From contig CANQJI010000001.1 in NCBI GenBank assembly GCA_947624205.1, positions 11,739 to 75,738 on the forward strand: a DNA stretch of 64,000 bases, in the 5' to 3' direction. Positions 28,001 to 37,497 of this stretch are shown here, in pieces. Position numbers and translations under genes: made by a program. The notes under the pieces were generated by a model. The model saw only the letters and a list, made by a program, of their open reading frames with translations, had not been told where the DNA came from and did no database searches. Source of the stretch: an uncultured Akkermansia sp. Its GTDB lineage: Bacteria > Verrucomicrobiota > Verrucomicrobiia > Verrucomicrobiales > Akkermansiaceae. The number at the start of each line of letters is the position of its first letter. Positions within the stretch are counted from its first letter, which is position 1.

Positions 28001-28934
28001 GTGTTTAGGATAAAAATCACACAGGATGAATCCATGGTGAGTTTACCCTTTGCAGAATCCTTTTCGTCGATGAGCGCGGCAACCTCACGACTTCTTGGGT
28101 TGGAACACGAATATTGCGGAGCCCTCACCAATCAGCTAGCCACGCAGATCACCGATGCGAACGGTCGCCGCATCTACGCTTACGATCAGTACGGCTCTCT
28201 GAACTATGAGCGCAGTTTTTATGGGGATAACACCTTTGCGGTGAATGAGAAATGGGACAAGTTCGGACGCAGCGTCGGCTATCAGTCACGCAAGAGCGGC
28301 TCAACAATCACAGAGGTGAACATCGGCTATGCAGAGGATGGACGCATCGAATCGGCGAGCTTCCGGCACGGCGGGGCGGAGAGGAAATTCACGTACGGGT
28401 ATCTGGCGGGCAGCAATCTGCTGCAATCGCTCGCCATGCCCAATAAGGTGACGCTGACGCAGACGTGGGAGGAGAAGCGAGACCTGCATCGAAGAGATGC
28501 TCTACACGCGGCTCAATGATGCGGGGAAGAAGGTGGAGGTGACGCGCCGCGGGTATGCGTACGATGCGCTGGTACGTCCGACTGCCCGCACGCAGGCGTA
28601 CCCGCAGCAGAAGAGTTTGCGCGGGAGGATTCCCTCGACTATAACAAGACGCTCTGAAAGCGCCCGACGGCTGGCAGGGCGCTTGGACAAAAGCGCAACT
28701 TTTGCCCCGAAGGGGCGAGGCATCGATGGGGCGAAGCCGAGGCAACTCAACGGCGCTACAACTCGGGGAGGCTCCCTACGCGTACTCCTGCGACAACATC
28801 GGCAACCGCATCACGGCGCAGGAGGATGCGGAGAGTGTCACCTACGAGGCGAACAATTTGAACCAGTACACGCAGATTGACACGGAAGGCACGGCGTTTG
28901 TTTCGGAGTACGATGCGGATGGCAACCAGATGCG
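28001..28934 (+). pseudogene. Rhs/YD core fragment with frameshifts and one 87-nt palindromic-module insertion, truncated by an IS right-end remnant
   Basis: YD repeats (IYAYDQYGSL, FGRSVGYQ, YAEDGRIESA). A 1-nt indel follows LTQTWEEKRDL. The reading frame switches between the track ORFs 28001, 28497 and 28702. Confidence 0.8.
28658..28744 (+). repeat. 87-nt double-hairpin module inside the Rhs fragment
   Basis: AAGCGCCCGACGGCTGGCAGGGCGCTTGGACAAAAGCGCAACTTTTGCCCCGAAGGGGCGAGGCATCGATGGGGCGAAGCCGAGGCA lies between ...CGCTCTGA and ACTCAACGGCGC. This is the same host position as at 38.3 kb. Confidence 0.85.
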
Positions 28935-29092
28935 CTACTCCACTCGCTCCGCAGCGCCTACGCTACAAAATCGCGTCAAAAATGGATTGACATCCGAGGT
29001 GCCGGATGATATAGCAAAGATACACGCCTGATGTACGCAAAAAAAGGGGCTTAAATAAGCTTCCGGAGTGTCGAAAGATGGGCGCCAGTTTA
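28935..29092 (+). mobile_element. IS3-family right-end remnant (158 bp)
   Basis: CTACTCCACTCGCTCCGCAGCGCCTACGCTACAAAATCGCGTCAAAAATGGATTGACATCCGAGG...GGGGCTTAAATAAGCTTCC...GGGCGCCAGTTTA. Confidence 0.85.
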
Positions 29093-29162
29093 CGTAGTCA
29101 AAATAGGAACGGCTATGGCAAATTGCCAAAATTTAGCAAGACAACAGAATTGCAAATAAATT

Positions 29163-30119
29163 ATGTTTGAGAACCTTTCCAAGAACCAGGGAGTTTTAGA
29201 CATTACACATGCTTTTGCCGATGTGGAGCATCCGGGGGATGAAGCCTTGACTTTCCCCGTTCCGAACGGATGGTATGAGTGTGATATAGAGTATTTTTAT
29301 TCATGGAAGCAAAGCAACTGGACTGAATTGAGGTGGAATAGGTTGCGCCGGGAGGCATCCTCTTTAAGCTTTCTCGCCCCTGCAGGCTTATTGTACGCGA
29401 TTCCGGCCTACTTACTCATGATTTATGTAACCGAGTCTGTGAAAAGGGAAATCAAGCGAATATGGGAAGAATTGTATGCTGGAGAGGTTTGCCCTATCGA
29501 TGATTTCATTCCTGATGTCAACGATTTCTGGTGTGTTGACCGGATCTTGTTGAGGCTAGCAGCTTCCGGGAAGAAAAATCGACCGGCTTTAACGCGTGAA
29601 CAAGTCATGGCGCTTGAATCCTATTTTCTTTCGGAAATAAGTTCCACGATGGGCAGGGAAAAAGGAGATATATTAGACAAAACATACGATCATTACGTGA
29701 GCAGAGTGCGGAGAAATTATCGAATTGAAACATCAATGGAAACCCAGACTACGATATGTTGCAAAGGGGCGGATTTTTCGCGGGAAATGATGCAGTTGCC
29801 GTCGCCATTGGCAGAATATCTTTCCAAATATACACGGATGCGGGTTGCCGGAGAGGAATTTAAAGAATTGTTGTCACTGTGGGATGCCGCTCAATTTGTA
29901 TATTCACCACGACAAGAAGACTTTACCAATCACCTCGATCCGAACAAGGCAGGAGTAAGTTCACGCGTGCGTGAAGAACTGACATCGGATGTGCTCCATA
30001 CTCTGTCAAATACTCAATTAAAGCTCGTTTACCGCTTTTTCCTGCAATATGAACTTCAGGAGAAGGAAGAGTGGATGAATGAAAAAAACATCAGAGACTT
30101 TTGCAAGATTGTATTGTGA
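29163..30119 (+). CDS. Hypothetical cytoplasmic protein (318 aa); distant paralog of 19028-19840
   Basis: Clean ORF with no signal peptide. It shares the motif block listed for 19028-19840. Confidence 0.55.
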   Translation: MFENLSKNQGVLDITHAFADVEHPGDEALTFPVPNGWYECDIEYFYSWKQSNWTELRWNRLRREASSLSFLAPAGLLYAIPAYLLMIYVTESVKREIKRIWEELYAGEVCPIDDFIPDVNDFWCVDRILLRLAASGKKNRPALTREQVMALESYFLSEISSTMGREKGDILDKTYDHYVSRVRRNYRIETSMETQTTICCKGADFSREMMQLPSPLAEYLSKYTRMRVAGEEFKELLSLWDAAQFVYSPRQEDFTNHLDPNKAGVSSRVREELTSDVLHTLSNTQLKLVYRFFLQYELQEKEEWMNEKNIRDFCKIVL

Positions 30120-30157
30120 ATCGCAAAAACACATGCAATAGAGGATGAAAGAAGCCC

Positions 30158-30392
30158 AGGGCAAACGCATTAGAAAATGCGTTTGCCTATGTACGATGTT
30201 GGATGTACGATTTATTAATAATGTGCGCATTGCGCAGTTTTTTTCGAATCATTAACGCATGCAGAGGAGGTCTTAGAGCCATCATCGTGATGATCGTTTG
30301 TCGTCGTGATTCTTGATGCGTATAAAACGGTAATACCAGTCAATAAGAGTATTTCCTCTGTTGATTAACTTCTCCCCAAATGCCTTTGCTTT
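30158..30392 (+). repeat. MITE-like element, copy 6 (short subfamily, like copy 2)
   Basis: GGGCAAACGCATTAGAAAATGCGTTTGCC hairpin, heptads, TTATTAATAATGTGCGCATTGCGCAG, and a right arm ending CCCAAATGCCTTTGC. Confidence 0.85.
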
Positions 30393-30469
30393 GGGCGGGG
30401 CGTTGTCGTCGGTTGGACGGTATTCGACTCCGCTCCCGGATCTTTGCTCCGGCACATTGGCGCCGATGG

Positions 30470-31666
30470 TTACAGAGTGTCGCTCCACTGTGGCGGAGGC
30501 TGGGGGGCAGAGATGGCGCAAATGTTGTGAATGAGTCGGTTCCACTCTTCTTTTCCCTGAGTGATTTGGATGCTGATGCGGAGGAAATAAATCGGCACAT
30601 CCATTTCATCCGGTTTCATGAAACGAACGGCGTCTTTTTCCGTAGTGACGATGAGATCGATGGCGCGATCGGCGCACCGCTGCACAAAGGCATCCATTTC
30701 AGTCTGGTCAAACCAATGATGATCAGGGTAGCGGCGGCGTATTTCAATTTTTGCTCCCTGCCGCTCGACGAGTTTTTCAAAGCTTTCCGGGCGGGCGATT
30801 CCGCTGAGGCAGGCCACGTATTTGCCACGTAAAAATTCAAGGGGTTTGCGTTCGCCGGTGAATGCGTTTTCCAAGTAATCCGGTGCATGATTGGTGACAA
30901 TGATGTCCGCGAGCTTGTTGTAGCGTCGAATGATGGCAATGAGATTATCCTGCGGTTTTCCATCGCTCTTCGTGAGGATGATGTAGCCGGCGCGCGCCAG
31001 GCTCGCTCGTGGCTCTCTCATGGTTCCGCGGGGTAGTAGCGCGCCCGTGCCGAAAGGAAAGCCGCAGTCCACCAGTACGATGTCAATCTCGTGTTTGAGC
31101 TTGAGGTACTGCATGCCATCATCCAGGATCAAGGTGTTACTGCCCAATTGTTCAATGGCGAAGATACCCGATTTGACGCGGTCCTTGTCGACGAGAACAG
31201 CCACGCCGTCTAGGTTCCGGGCAAGCATGAAAGGTTCGTCTCCGGCGTAGAGTGGTGAGAGGTAGCGAGTGTTCCCATCACTCGCTATTTTCGGCAAATG
31301 ACGCACTTTCTTGCCCTGCGCGTTTTTCCATTCCTGAGGCAGGGGAAGATCTGCGCTCTTGTACCCGCGCGTGAGGATGGCGCATTTTCTTCCTCGCTCG
31401 GTCAGTGTGCGTGCCAATAGCTCTACTACCGGCGTTTTCCCCGTGCCTCCCGCCGTGATGTTCCCGACGCTTACCACGAAGGTACCGAGGTAGTGCACCG
31501 TGCGCAGTCGCCGACGAAATAAAAAAAGACGCACCTTAATCAACAGGTAGAAGAACCAGGATGCGACTCTCAGCATGCAGCGCATTGCCCACGCTCTGAA
31601 GCCATGAGCTCGACCGAATATCACATCCATCCCCCATTCCTCCAGTTCTTCCATGCGCGACTTCAT
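30470..31666 (-). CDS. lpxK: Tetraacyldisaccharide 4'-kinase
   Basis: [23 protein letters not shown]-loop, [24 protein letters not shown]. The start is set at ATG 31666 because the longer ORF (to 31888) reads through MITE-like copy 7. Confidence 0.9.
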   Translation of the reverse strand: MKSRMEELEEWGMDVIFGRAHGFRAWAMRCMLRVASWFFYLLIKVRLFLFRRRLRTVHYLGTFVVSVGNITAGGTGKTPVVELLARTLTERGRKCAILTRGYKSADLPLPQEWKNAQGKKVRHLPKIASDGNTRYLSPLYAGDEPFMLARNLDGVAVLVDKDRVKSGIFAIEQLGSNTLILDDGMQYLKLKHEIDIVLVDCGFPFGTGALLPRGTMREPRASLARAGYIILTKSDGKPQDNLIAIIRRYNKLADIIVTNHAPDYLENAFTGERKPLEFLRGKYVACLSGIARPESFEKLVERQGAKIEIRRRYPDHHWFDQTEMDAFVQRCADRAIDLIVTTEKDAVRFMKPDEMDVPIYFLRISIQITQGKEEWNRLIHNICAISAPQPPPQWSDTL

Positions 31667-31707
31667 GCTGCCTTCATGATAGCGCACGTCTTCGGTGGTG
31701 TCAAGGT

Positions 31708-31990
31708 TGGCAAACGAATTAGGAAATGCGTTTGTCTCTGTTACGACGTACGATGTTGGATGTACCGACGGTGGCGCCTGGCGGCGCCTATGTACGGGGT
31801 ACGAAGTACGATGTACGATTTGGATCATAGCGCGCGTTGCGCGGGGATGCGAAGAACGCTGGTTGTCATGATTTTTGATGCGTATCAACGATGGTATCGG
31901 TCAATAAGGGCATTCCTCTGTTGATTAACTTCTCCTCAAATGCGTTTGCCCTGGGAATTCGGTGGCTACGTCGCGAGTTTGGCGAAGCAG
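31708..31990 (+). repeat. MITE-like element, copy 7
   Basis: TGGCAAACGAATTAGGAAATGCGTTTGTC hairpin, heptads, GGCGCCTGGCGGCGCC palindrome, and a right arm ...TTGATTAACTTCTCCTCAAATGCGTTTGCCC. An extra GAATTCGGTGGCTACGTCGCGAGTTTGGCGAAG module lies beyond it. Confidence 0.85.
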
Positions 31991-32187
31991 AATATGCTCG
32001 TTTCTTTTCTTCCTTTTTCTTTTTGTCGGCGAACGACAAGGTGATCTTTTTTTATCATGCGCCCGAGAATAAGCTTGCAAATAGGTACCGGTACGGCTAG
32101 ACTGACCATGGCGTATGCTTTGCTTTTCTCTGCCTCAGTGTGTGATAGAGCGAGACAGCAAGCGCCTATTCATTTCCGATCTATCTC

Positions 32188-33693
32188 ATGAAAAGACATC
32201 ACATCATCAGCAGCATATTCGCGTTTTTCATGGTACAGTACTGTGGAGGCGCTCCCTGTGTAGAAATGAAGTATGAGGAGCAGGCGCTTCTTGAAAAGAA
32301 GGCAGAAGGAGGAGATGCAACGGCAGCTGCAGAATTGGCAGAAAGGTACTCCCGTGGGGAGGGGTGTACGACCGATTACGAGAAAGTTTACATGTGGGCT
32401 AAAAAAGCAGCAGAAACTGGAGATGCGCGAGGACAACGACTTCTTGGAAGTTGTTATATGTTAGGTGTTGGTGGGGTAGAAAAGGATGCCAAAAAGGCGG
32501 CAGAATTGTACAGGAGAGCGGCTGAGGGGGGAAATGTAGAGGCGATGGAATCCTTGGCGTTTTGTTATTCAAAAGGAGAAGGAGTACCGAAGGATGAGTC
32601 CTTGGCAGTCCTATGGACAAAAAGGGCGGCGGAGGGAGGTGCTGCGGCTGCACAGTATAGGTTAGGAATCATGTATGCCCAAGGACACACAGACGTGCCA
32701 AAAGATACGATCGCAGCAAGGCATTGGTTAAAAAAAGCGGCAGCACAAGGACACGAGGGAGCTGTCACCGCTTTGGTAACAGTGATATTTTCTGAAGGAG
32801 GGGCAGAGGCACAAAAGGAATTGGAAGATGCGGCAGCAAAAGGAGATCGACAAGCCAAAGCATTGTTAGGAGCTCTGTATTTAAGAGGACTTCAAACAGG
32901 TAAGGCAACGGAGGGCGATGTTTCGTTTGAGATAAAAAAAGATATAGAAAAAGGAGTAAAGTTTACACGCGAAGCGGCTGAGGAAGGAGATGTTTATGCG
33001 ATGGGAAATATGGGAGAACTGTACTGGGTGGGACTGGTGGTAGGACGAGACCCGTCGGAAGCTGTTAAGTGGTGGAAGAGGGCGGCGGCGGCTGGTGGCA
33101 AAGTGAATCAAACAACATTGGCAATTGCTCTCATGCAATCTTCCCAAGAAAACGAGAGGGAGGAAGGATTGCGGTGGCTGGAGAAATCTGCGGCAACTGG
33201 CAACACAGAAGCGCAATGCATGCTCGGCAGTTTTTATTTGAATGGACGGAATGTAAAAAAAGATACGCAGTATGGACTTTCCTTGATAATCACAGCGGCG
33301 AAGGCTGAAAATAAAGGTGCACAAAAAATGTTAGTTCTACTCTATTACTACGGATACGATGGCATGTCGCCCAACTACGATGAAGCACGGGAATGGGCGG
33401 AAATAGCAGTGAGTGACGGAGATCGTGATATTCAAAAATTGTTGGGTCTCATGATGGTGAGAGCGGAGGGAGGGCCAAGAGATATCAAGAGAGGCGTCGA
33501 GTTAATAAAGAAATCGGCAGATCAGGGAGAAGTCGAGGCTCAGTTACTGTTTGGATCATTTGTGTATGTAGGATGTGGGGTAGAAAAAAATGAGGATCTC
33601 GGCAGGGCATATTTGAAAAAAGCGGCGGATGCCGGAAATGAAAAAGCTAAGGAGTTGTATGAGGAAGTTACGAAAGGAGATAAAGGAGAATGA
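32188..33693 (+). CDS. Sel1-repeat protein, secreted (501 aa)
   Basis: Signal-like N-terminus and more than 10 Sel1 units (AAELAERYSRGEG, GQRLLGSCYMLGVGGVEKD, AMESLAFCYSKGEGVPKD, AQYRLGIMYAQG...). Confidence 0.85.
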   Translation: MKRHHIISSIFAFFMVQYCGGAPCVEMKYEEQALLEKKAEGGDATAAAELAERYSRGEGCTTDYEKVYMWAKKAAETGDARGQRLLGSCYMLGVGGVEKDAKKAAELYRRAAEGGNVEAMESLAFCYSKGEGVPKDESLAVLWTKRAAEGGAAAAQYRLGIMYAQGHTDVPKDTIAARHWLKKAAAQGHEGAVTALVTVIFSEGGAEAQKELEDAAAKGDRQAKALLGALYLRGLQTGKATEGDVSFEIKKDIEKGVKFTREAAEEGDVYAMGNMGELYWVGLVVGRDPSEAVKWWKRAAAAGGKVNQTTLAIALMQSSQENEREEGLRWLEKSAATGNTEAQCMLGSFYLNGRNVKKDTQYGLSLIITAAKAENKGAQKMLVLLYYYGYDGMSPNYDEAREWAEIAVSDGDRDIQKLLGLMMVRAEGGPRDIKRGVELIKKSADQGEVEAQLLFGSFVYVGCGVEKNEDLGRAYLKKAADAGNEKAKELYEEVTKGDKGE

Positions 33694-33782
33694 GTCTTTA
33701 CAGGTAAGAATATTGCGGAATCTTTATATGGATCAGAAAGGAGTCTGATAACAGAGCACATTAAAAGTATACATCAAAACTT

Positions 33783-34475
33783 ATGAAATTATATCTAATT
33801 ATCCTTTTGTTCTTATGGGGCGTATGTACAGGCGCGGCTGTAGAAGATGCCCAGGAGCGCACCCTTGTTCTCCATTCGGAAGGAGGGATGTCTGTGACTC
33901 GGCAGAGCGCTACTCAGGGAGGTAGTTTTGAGTATCATGTAACAGTGCTTAAAAAGAACGATTCTCAAATTGAGGAGAAAGACATTCGATTTGTCAGCAA
34001 GATCGATTACAAAGACGGGTATGCGAACAATGATTACGTTATTCTAACCAACAACGGAGGAGATATTGAGGAGCTGGCGTGGCTTGTCATTGATATTCAA
34101 AAATGTCGGGCAACTGAATTCCAAATACCGATACAGGAAATTAATAAAACGGAAGTATTTCATTATACACAAACAAGTTATATCACAACAACAGGAGGGT
34201 GTTTCCAACGAAAGCTTGTGGTTTGGCATCAAAATGATTGGGGAAGTGGGGAACAAGTCATCGGTCTTCGACTCGGAGATAGTATCCCTAACAGGTGCCG
34301 TATCCTTTGGGAATATGATGCTAGAGCGGATAGATGTATTCTAAAAGAAACCGTTGTCAAGCAGAATAGCGAAGATTCCTCTTGGACTGATCACACAACT
34401 GTGACAGGAGAGGAGAAAATAAAGAAAACCGTAGTGCCGGTTACGTCAGATTCTGTTATTTACCAAAGAAAATAA
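33783..34475 (+). CDS. Hypothetical secreted protein (230 aa)
   Basis: Signal peptide MKLYLIILLFLWGVCTGAAVE. No recognised domain. Confidence 0.55.
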   Translation: MKLYLIILLFLWGVCTGAAVEDAQERTLVLHSEGGMSVTRQSATQGGSFEYHVTVLKKNDSQIEEKDIRFVSKIDYKDGYANNDYVILTNNGGDIEELAWLVIDIQKCRATEFQIPIQEINKTEVFHYTQTSYITTTGGCFQRKLVVWHQNDWGSGEQVIGLRLGDSIPNRCRILWEYDARADRCILKETVVKQNSEDSSWTDHTTVTGEEKIKKTVVPVTSDSVIYQRK

Positions 34476-34583
34476 TGTATTTCAATGATTAACAAAGGTA
34501 AAGTAGCGGAAAACAATAATCGCAAAGCCCTGCAAATGCCGACTAAAATGCTGTGCGGCCAGGTGACCGTTCCTTTTGAGACA

Positions 34584-35774
34584 ATGCGGAGGAAAAGAAA
34601 ACCCGACAAAAGTTACCGTATCATGAAGACACTGCTTGCCCTAGTTTTTTTCCTCATGCTGTGTGGGGGATGCACTACACAGAAATATGAGCATATCCCG
34701 CGTGTGTACGGCTACAACAGTGCGGTGTTTAAAAGTTGGTTGCTTTTCGACAGCCTCGATAATTACTATGCGCCGCCTCGATTAAGTCGAGCCGGGTATT
34801 TAAGGCGGTTACGTATCAAAAAGGGACTTAAAATTACTGGAAAAGAATTGGAGCGTGAGGCTCCGGACAGGGATTCCTATGTATGTTCAAAGGAGGGTGA
34901 AGGAGTGGGAAGGTATTCCCTTATGGATATAGAGGAGCGACTGAAAACGACGGATCGGGAGACTCTCCATATGCCTTGGGCAATAGATTACAGTCACGAT
35001 ATCAATGCGTTTACAGAGAGCCTTAATTTGGAACAGCTGGCTAAGGCATGTTATGAAGGGAAGGTCGGTGAAATTTGGTTCATACCGGGCAGACGGGATA
35101 TTCTAGAAGATGAGTACACGGGAGAAATATTCGGGAAGTTTAGAACAGGTCTGTCACCTCGTAAATGGGTAGGGTGGCAACCGGCTCGTTTTGTTACACC
35201 GGACGGCTTGGATCTGAGCGTACTCATGGACAATATATGGCTGCTGTGGCAACTTGCGCGCGATGGTTGGGTAGAAACAGCTAATGATGGTACGTGGAAC
35301 TGGACGCAAAAAGCAAAACAGATAAAGAACTCATCGAAAGGGACGACATTGGCAACGTTATCCCCCGAATTACGCAAGCGCTTTGCAATTTTAGATTTAA
35401 TACGAGGTTGGGAGGGAGAACTGCCTGCTATTCCGTGTACTGTCCGTCCAACGTGTGAAGGACAACGCTTTGAGGATGATGAATTGAGACTCATGCGGCA
35501 AAACGAAGGATGTAAGCCTAGACGTCTTTGGAATACAACACTATTCATTGCTCCAAAGCATCCTGATATGGGTGTATACAACGGGAACGAATTACACATT
35601 GGGGAGAAGAAATACATCGCTATGCAGAAGGATCCTGAATACAGGGGAAATAGCGCGATTGCGCAATATGAGGATTTCGCCGTTTCTAAAGGGATTCAAA
35701 CTTTTTGTGGTATGTGGTACAGAGAGGAACCGTATAGGGAGCGTCGTGCCCGTCTCATTTATTCCGTGCGTTGA
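34584..35774 (+). CDS. Lipoprotein, paralog family A (about 380-aa mature protein); the start could also be 34623
   Basis: MRRKRKPDKSYRIMKTLLALVFFLMLCGGC has a lipobox. It aligns throughout with 38755-39888 (FKSWLLF..D.YY.PP, DIN.F.E.L.L...AK, LS.LM.NI.LL.QL.RDGW, LP.IPC......CE, LRLMR.NEGC). Confidence 0.65.
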   Translation: MRRKRKPDKSYRIMKTLLALVFFLMLCGGCTTQKYEHIPRVYGYNSAVFKSWLLFDSLDNYYAPPRLSRAGYLRRLRIKKGLKITGKELEREAPDRDSYVCSKEGEGVGRYSLMDIEERLKTTDRETLHMPWAIDYSHDINAFTESLNLEQLAKACYEGKVGEIWFIPGRRDILEDEYTGEIFGKFRTGLSPRKWVGWQPARFVTPDGLDLSVLMDNIWLLWQLARDGWVETANDGTWNWTQKAKQIKNSSKGTTLATLSPELRKRFAILDLIRGWEGELPAIPCTVRPTCEGQRFEDDELRLMRQNEGCKPRRLWNTTLFIAPKHPDMGVYNGNELHIGEKKYIAMQKDPEYRGNSAIAQYEDFAVSKGIQTFCGMWYREEPYRERRARLIYSVR

Positions 35775-35789
35775 ATGCGGATGTTTAAC

Positions 35790-36530
35790 CTGTGAATTGC
35801 AAGGACGAAAGCAACAACTGAAAGATCAAATGCGCACCGGTTCCGCCTCGTTTCTGCACAAAGGCGCACAGCATCAGTTCCGCTACGGTTACCTTGCAGG
35901 CAGCAACCTGCTGCAATCGCTCGCCATGCCGAATGGCGAGAACTTTACGCCGGAGTGCGATGCGGACGGCAACCAGACACTCATCCAGACAAGCACAGGC
36001 CTCTGGAAGGTGCAGTACAACGGATAAAACCGAGCTGTACGCTTTGAAAGCGAGGACGGTCGTACCGTCATCACCTGCGGCTGCGATTACATGGGACGCC
36101 GGTTTGAGAAGAAAGTAGTCACCAATGGCACAACAACCCTGCACGAACGTTACATTTATCGAGGTTACCTGCAAGTTGCAGCTTATGACCTGTGCGAGGG
36201 ACACGCCGAGCACCCGGATTTGCGCTTCATCATTTGGGATCCGACACAAGAAGTCGCCACGCGACCGCTTGCCATTCGCGAGAACGGCGTGTTGTACACC
36301 TACGGCTGGGATCTCACCAAAAACATCTGCGAGCTGTACGGGCAGGAAGGGTTCATCCGTACCATCTACACCTACTCACCCTATGAACAGGTGACAGCAG
36401 AGGGAGACGTCACCCAGCCCATTCAATGGAGCAGCGAGTTCTATGATGAGTAGTTAGGACTAACGTATTACAACTATAGATATTTCAATATGTCATTTGA
36501 GGAAGTCAGGCAGTTTATTCTTGACACTGA
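35790..36530 (+). pseudogene. Rhs C-terminal cassette remnant with an internal deletion, an in-frame stop (36025-36027, with a frame change before reading resumes at 36091) and a TAG (36451-36453) replacing a codon just before the YYNYRY motif
   Basis: FRYGYLAGSNLLQSLAMPNGENFTPECDADGNQT...WKVQYNG*; then GRRFEKK...YIYRGYLQVAAYDL...WDPTQEVATRPLAIRENG...QWSSEFYDE*LGLTYYNYRYFN. Confidence 0.8.
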
Positions 36531-36565
36531 TTCAAAGACGGTAAAGAATGCCCAAGGAGGAGAGT

Positions 36566-36871
36566 ATGTATACTATGGGATTTTGGAAGTTACTGCAGAA
36601 TAGCTTCATATTTATTCTGAGGTTATTTGTTAGATTGGCGCTTTGTTTTTTTGCAGCATTACTCACAACGCTAGTTTTGGCACGAATCATTCCTGGTACA
36701 TGGAAGGTTCCGGTTCGCATAGTAGAATACATAGTAAGAGTTTATTTCCCTTCTATAGTTATGAATATAGAAATAGCTACTGATATTGAAGTCACAGATT
36801 TTATAGTTTTTTATGGTGGGATCGCTTTTCTATGTTATTTGTTTCTTTCATACAAGATACAAAAGCGATAG
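36566..36871 (+). CDS. Small membrane protein (101 aa); candidate orphan immunity protein
   Basis: A strong SD (AAGGAGG) lies 5 nt upstream of the ATG at 36566. The product has three hydrophobic helices. Confidence 0.55.
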   Translation: MYTMGFWKLLQNSFIFILRLFVRLALCFFAALLTTLVLARIIPGTWKVPVRIVEYIVRVYFPSIVMNIEIATDIEVTDFIVFYGGIAFLCYLFLSYKIQKR

Positions 36872-36875
36872 GCAA

Positions 36876-37406
36876 TATAATGGTGCCGGAATTTAAGACA
36901 GTGGGTTAAGCCCCCTTTAGCTTGTGCAACCCAACAGGCGTGTGTATCATTCAAACCAACACACGCACATGCAAAACGAAAACATACATAAGAGAGGGTG
37001 CTACAGCGCCGAGTCCAAGGAAAAGGTGGCGTTGGAAGCCCTGAGAGGAGCAAAGACTCATGTTCGGATAGCTTCGGAGTATGGCCATTAGTTCGGATTT
37101 GGTGAAAGACTGGAAGAAGCTAAGGAGGTGACGACAGAATGGCTGGAATACTGCAACAAAGAACGGTCTCACTGGCGTTGGGTTACCGGAATCCTGAGAT
37201 GAACTGGGAATCTGCCGAGTCCCCGATAGCGGCAAATTTTTGGCGCGATTTTTTCGCTCCGTCACGGCTCGCGGCGCTACAAATCGCGCCAAAAATGGAT
37301 TGACATTCGAGGTTACCGAATGATATAAGGAAGCTACACGCCTGATGTACACAAAAAAGGGGGCTTAAATAAGCTTCCAATGTGTCGAAAAATGGGCACC
37401 AGTTTA
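36876..37406 (+). mobile_element. Internally deleted derivative of the IS3-family element (531 bp)
   Basis: Both IS ends are present (TATAATGGTGCCGGAATTTAAGACAGTGGG... and ...GGGGGCTTAAATAAGCTTCCAATGTGTCGAAAAATGGGCACCAGTTTA). The orfA 5' part is fused to the orfB 3' end. Confidence 0.85.
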
Positions 37407-37497
37407 TTTAATATGCGCAACAAATAAATATACTTATTCTAAGAGTAGAGAAAGTCATAGGATTAAAAGTGTAACATAGTAGAAAGGATGTTGTTTT

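Larger units (their letters stand above)
26961..28140 (+). repeat. Tandem duplication with a 606-bp period (about 2 copies)
   Basis: CTTCTAAGCCATAAAGTAGTCATTCTATGAAA at 26961 recurs as CTTCTAAACCTTAAAGTAGTCATTTTATGAAA at 27567. Each copy carries a 132-aa ORF and the 5' ~140 nt of an Rhs fragment. Confidence 0.9.

Noticed and set aside
31667-31888. A 74-codon N-terminal extension of the lpxK ORF in the six-frame track
   Set aside because: The extension (MIRIKNHDNQRSS...) is a read-through of MITE-like copy 7. Similar pseudo-peptides appear wherever the right arm is translated (for example 30282-30545). The conserved LpxK sequence starts after the ATG at 31666.
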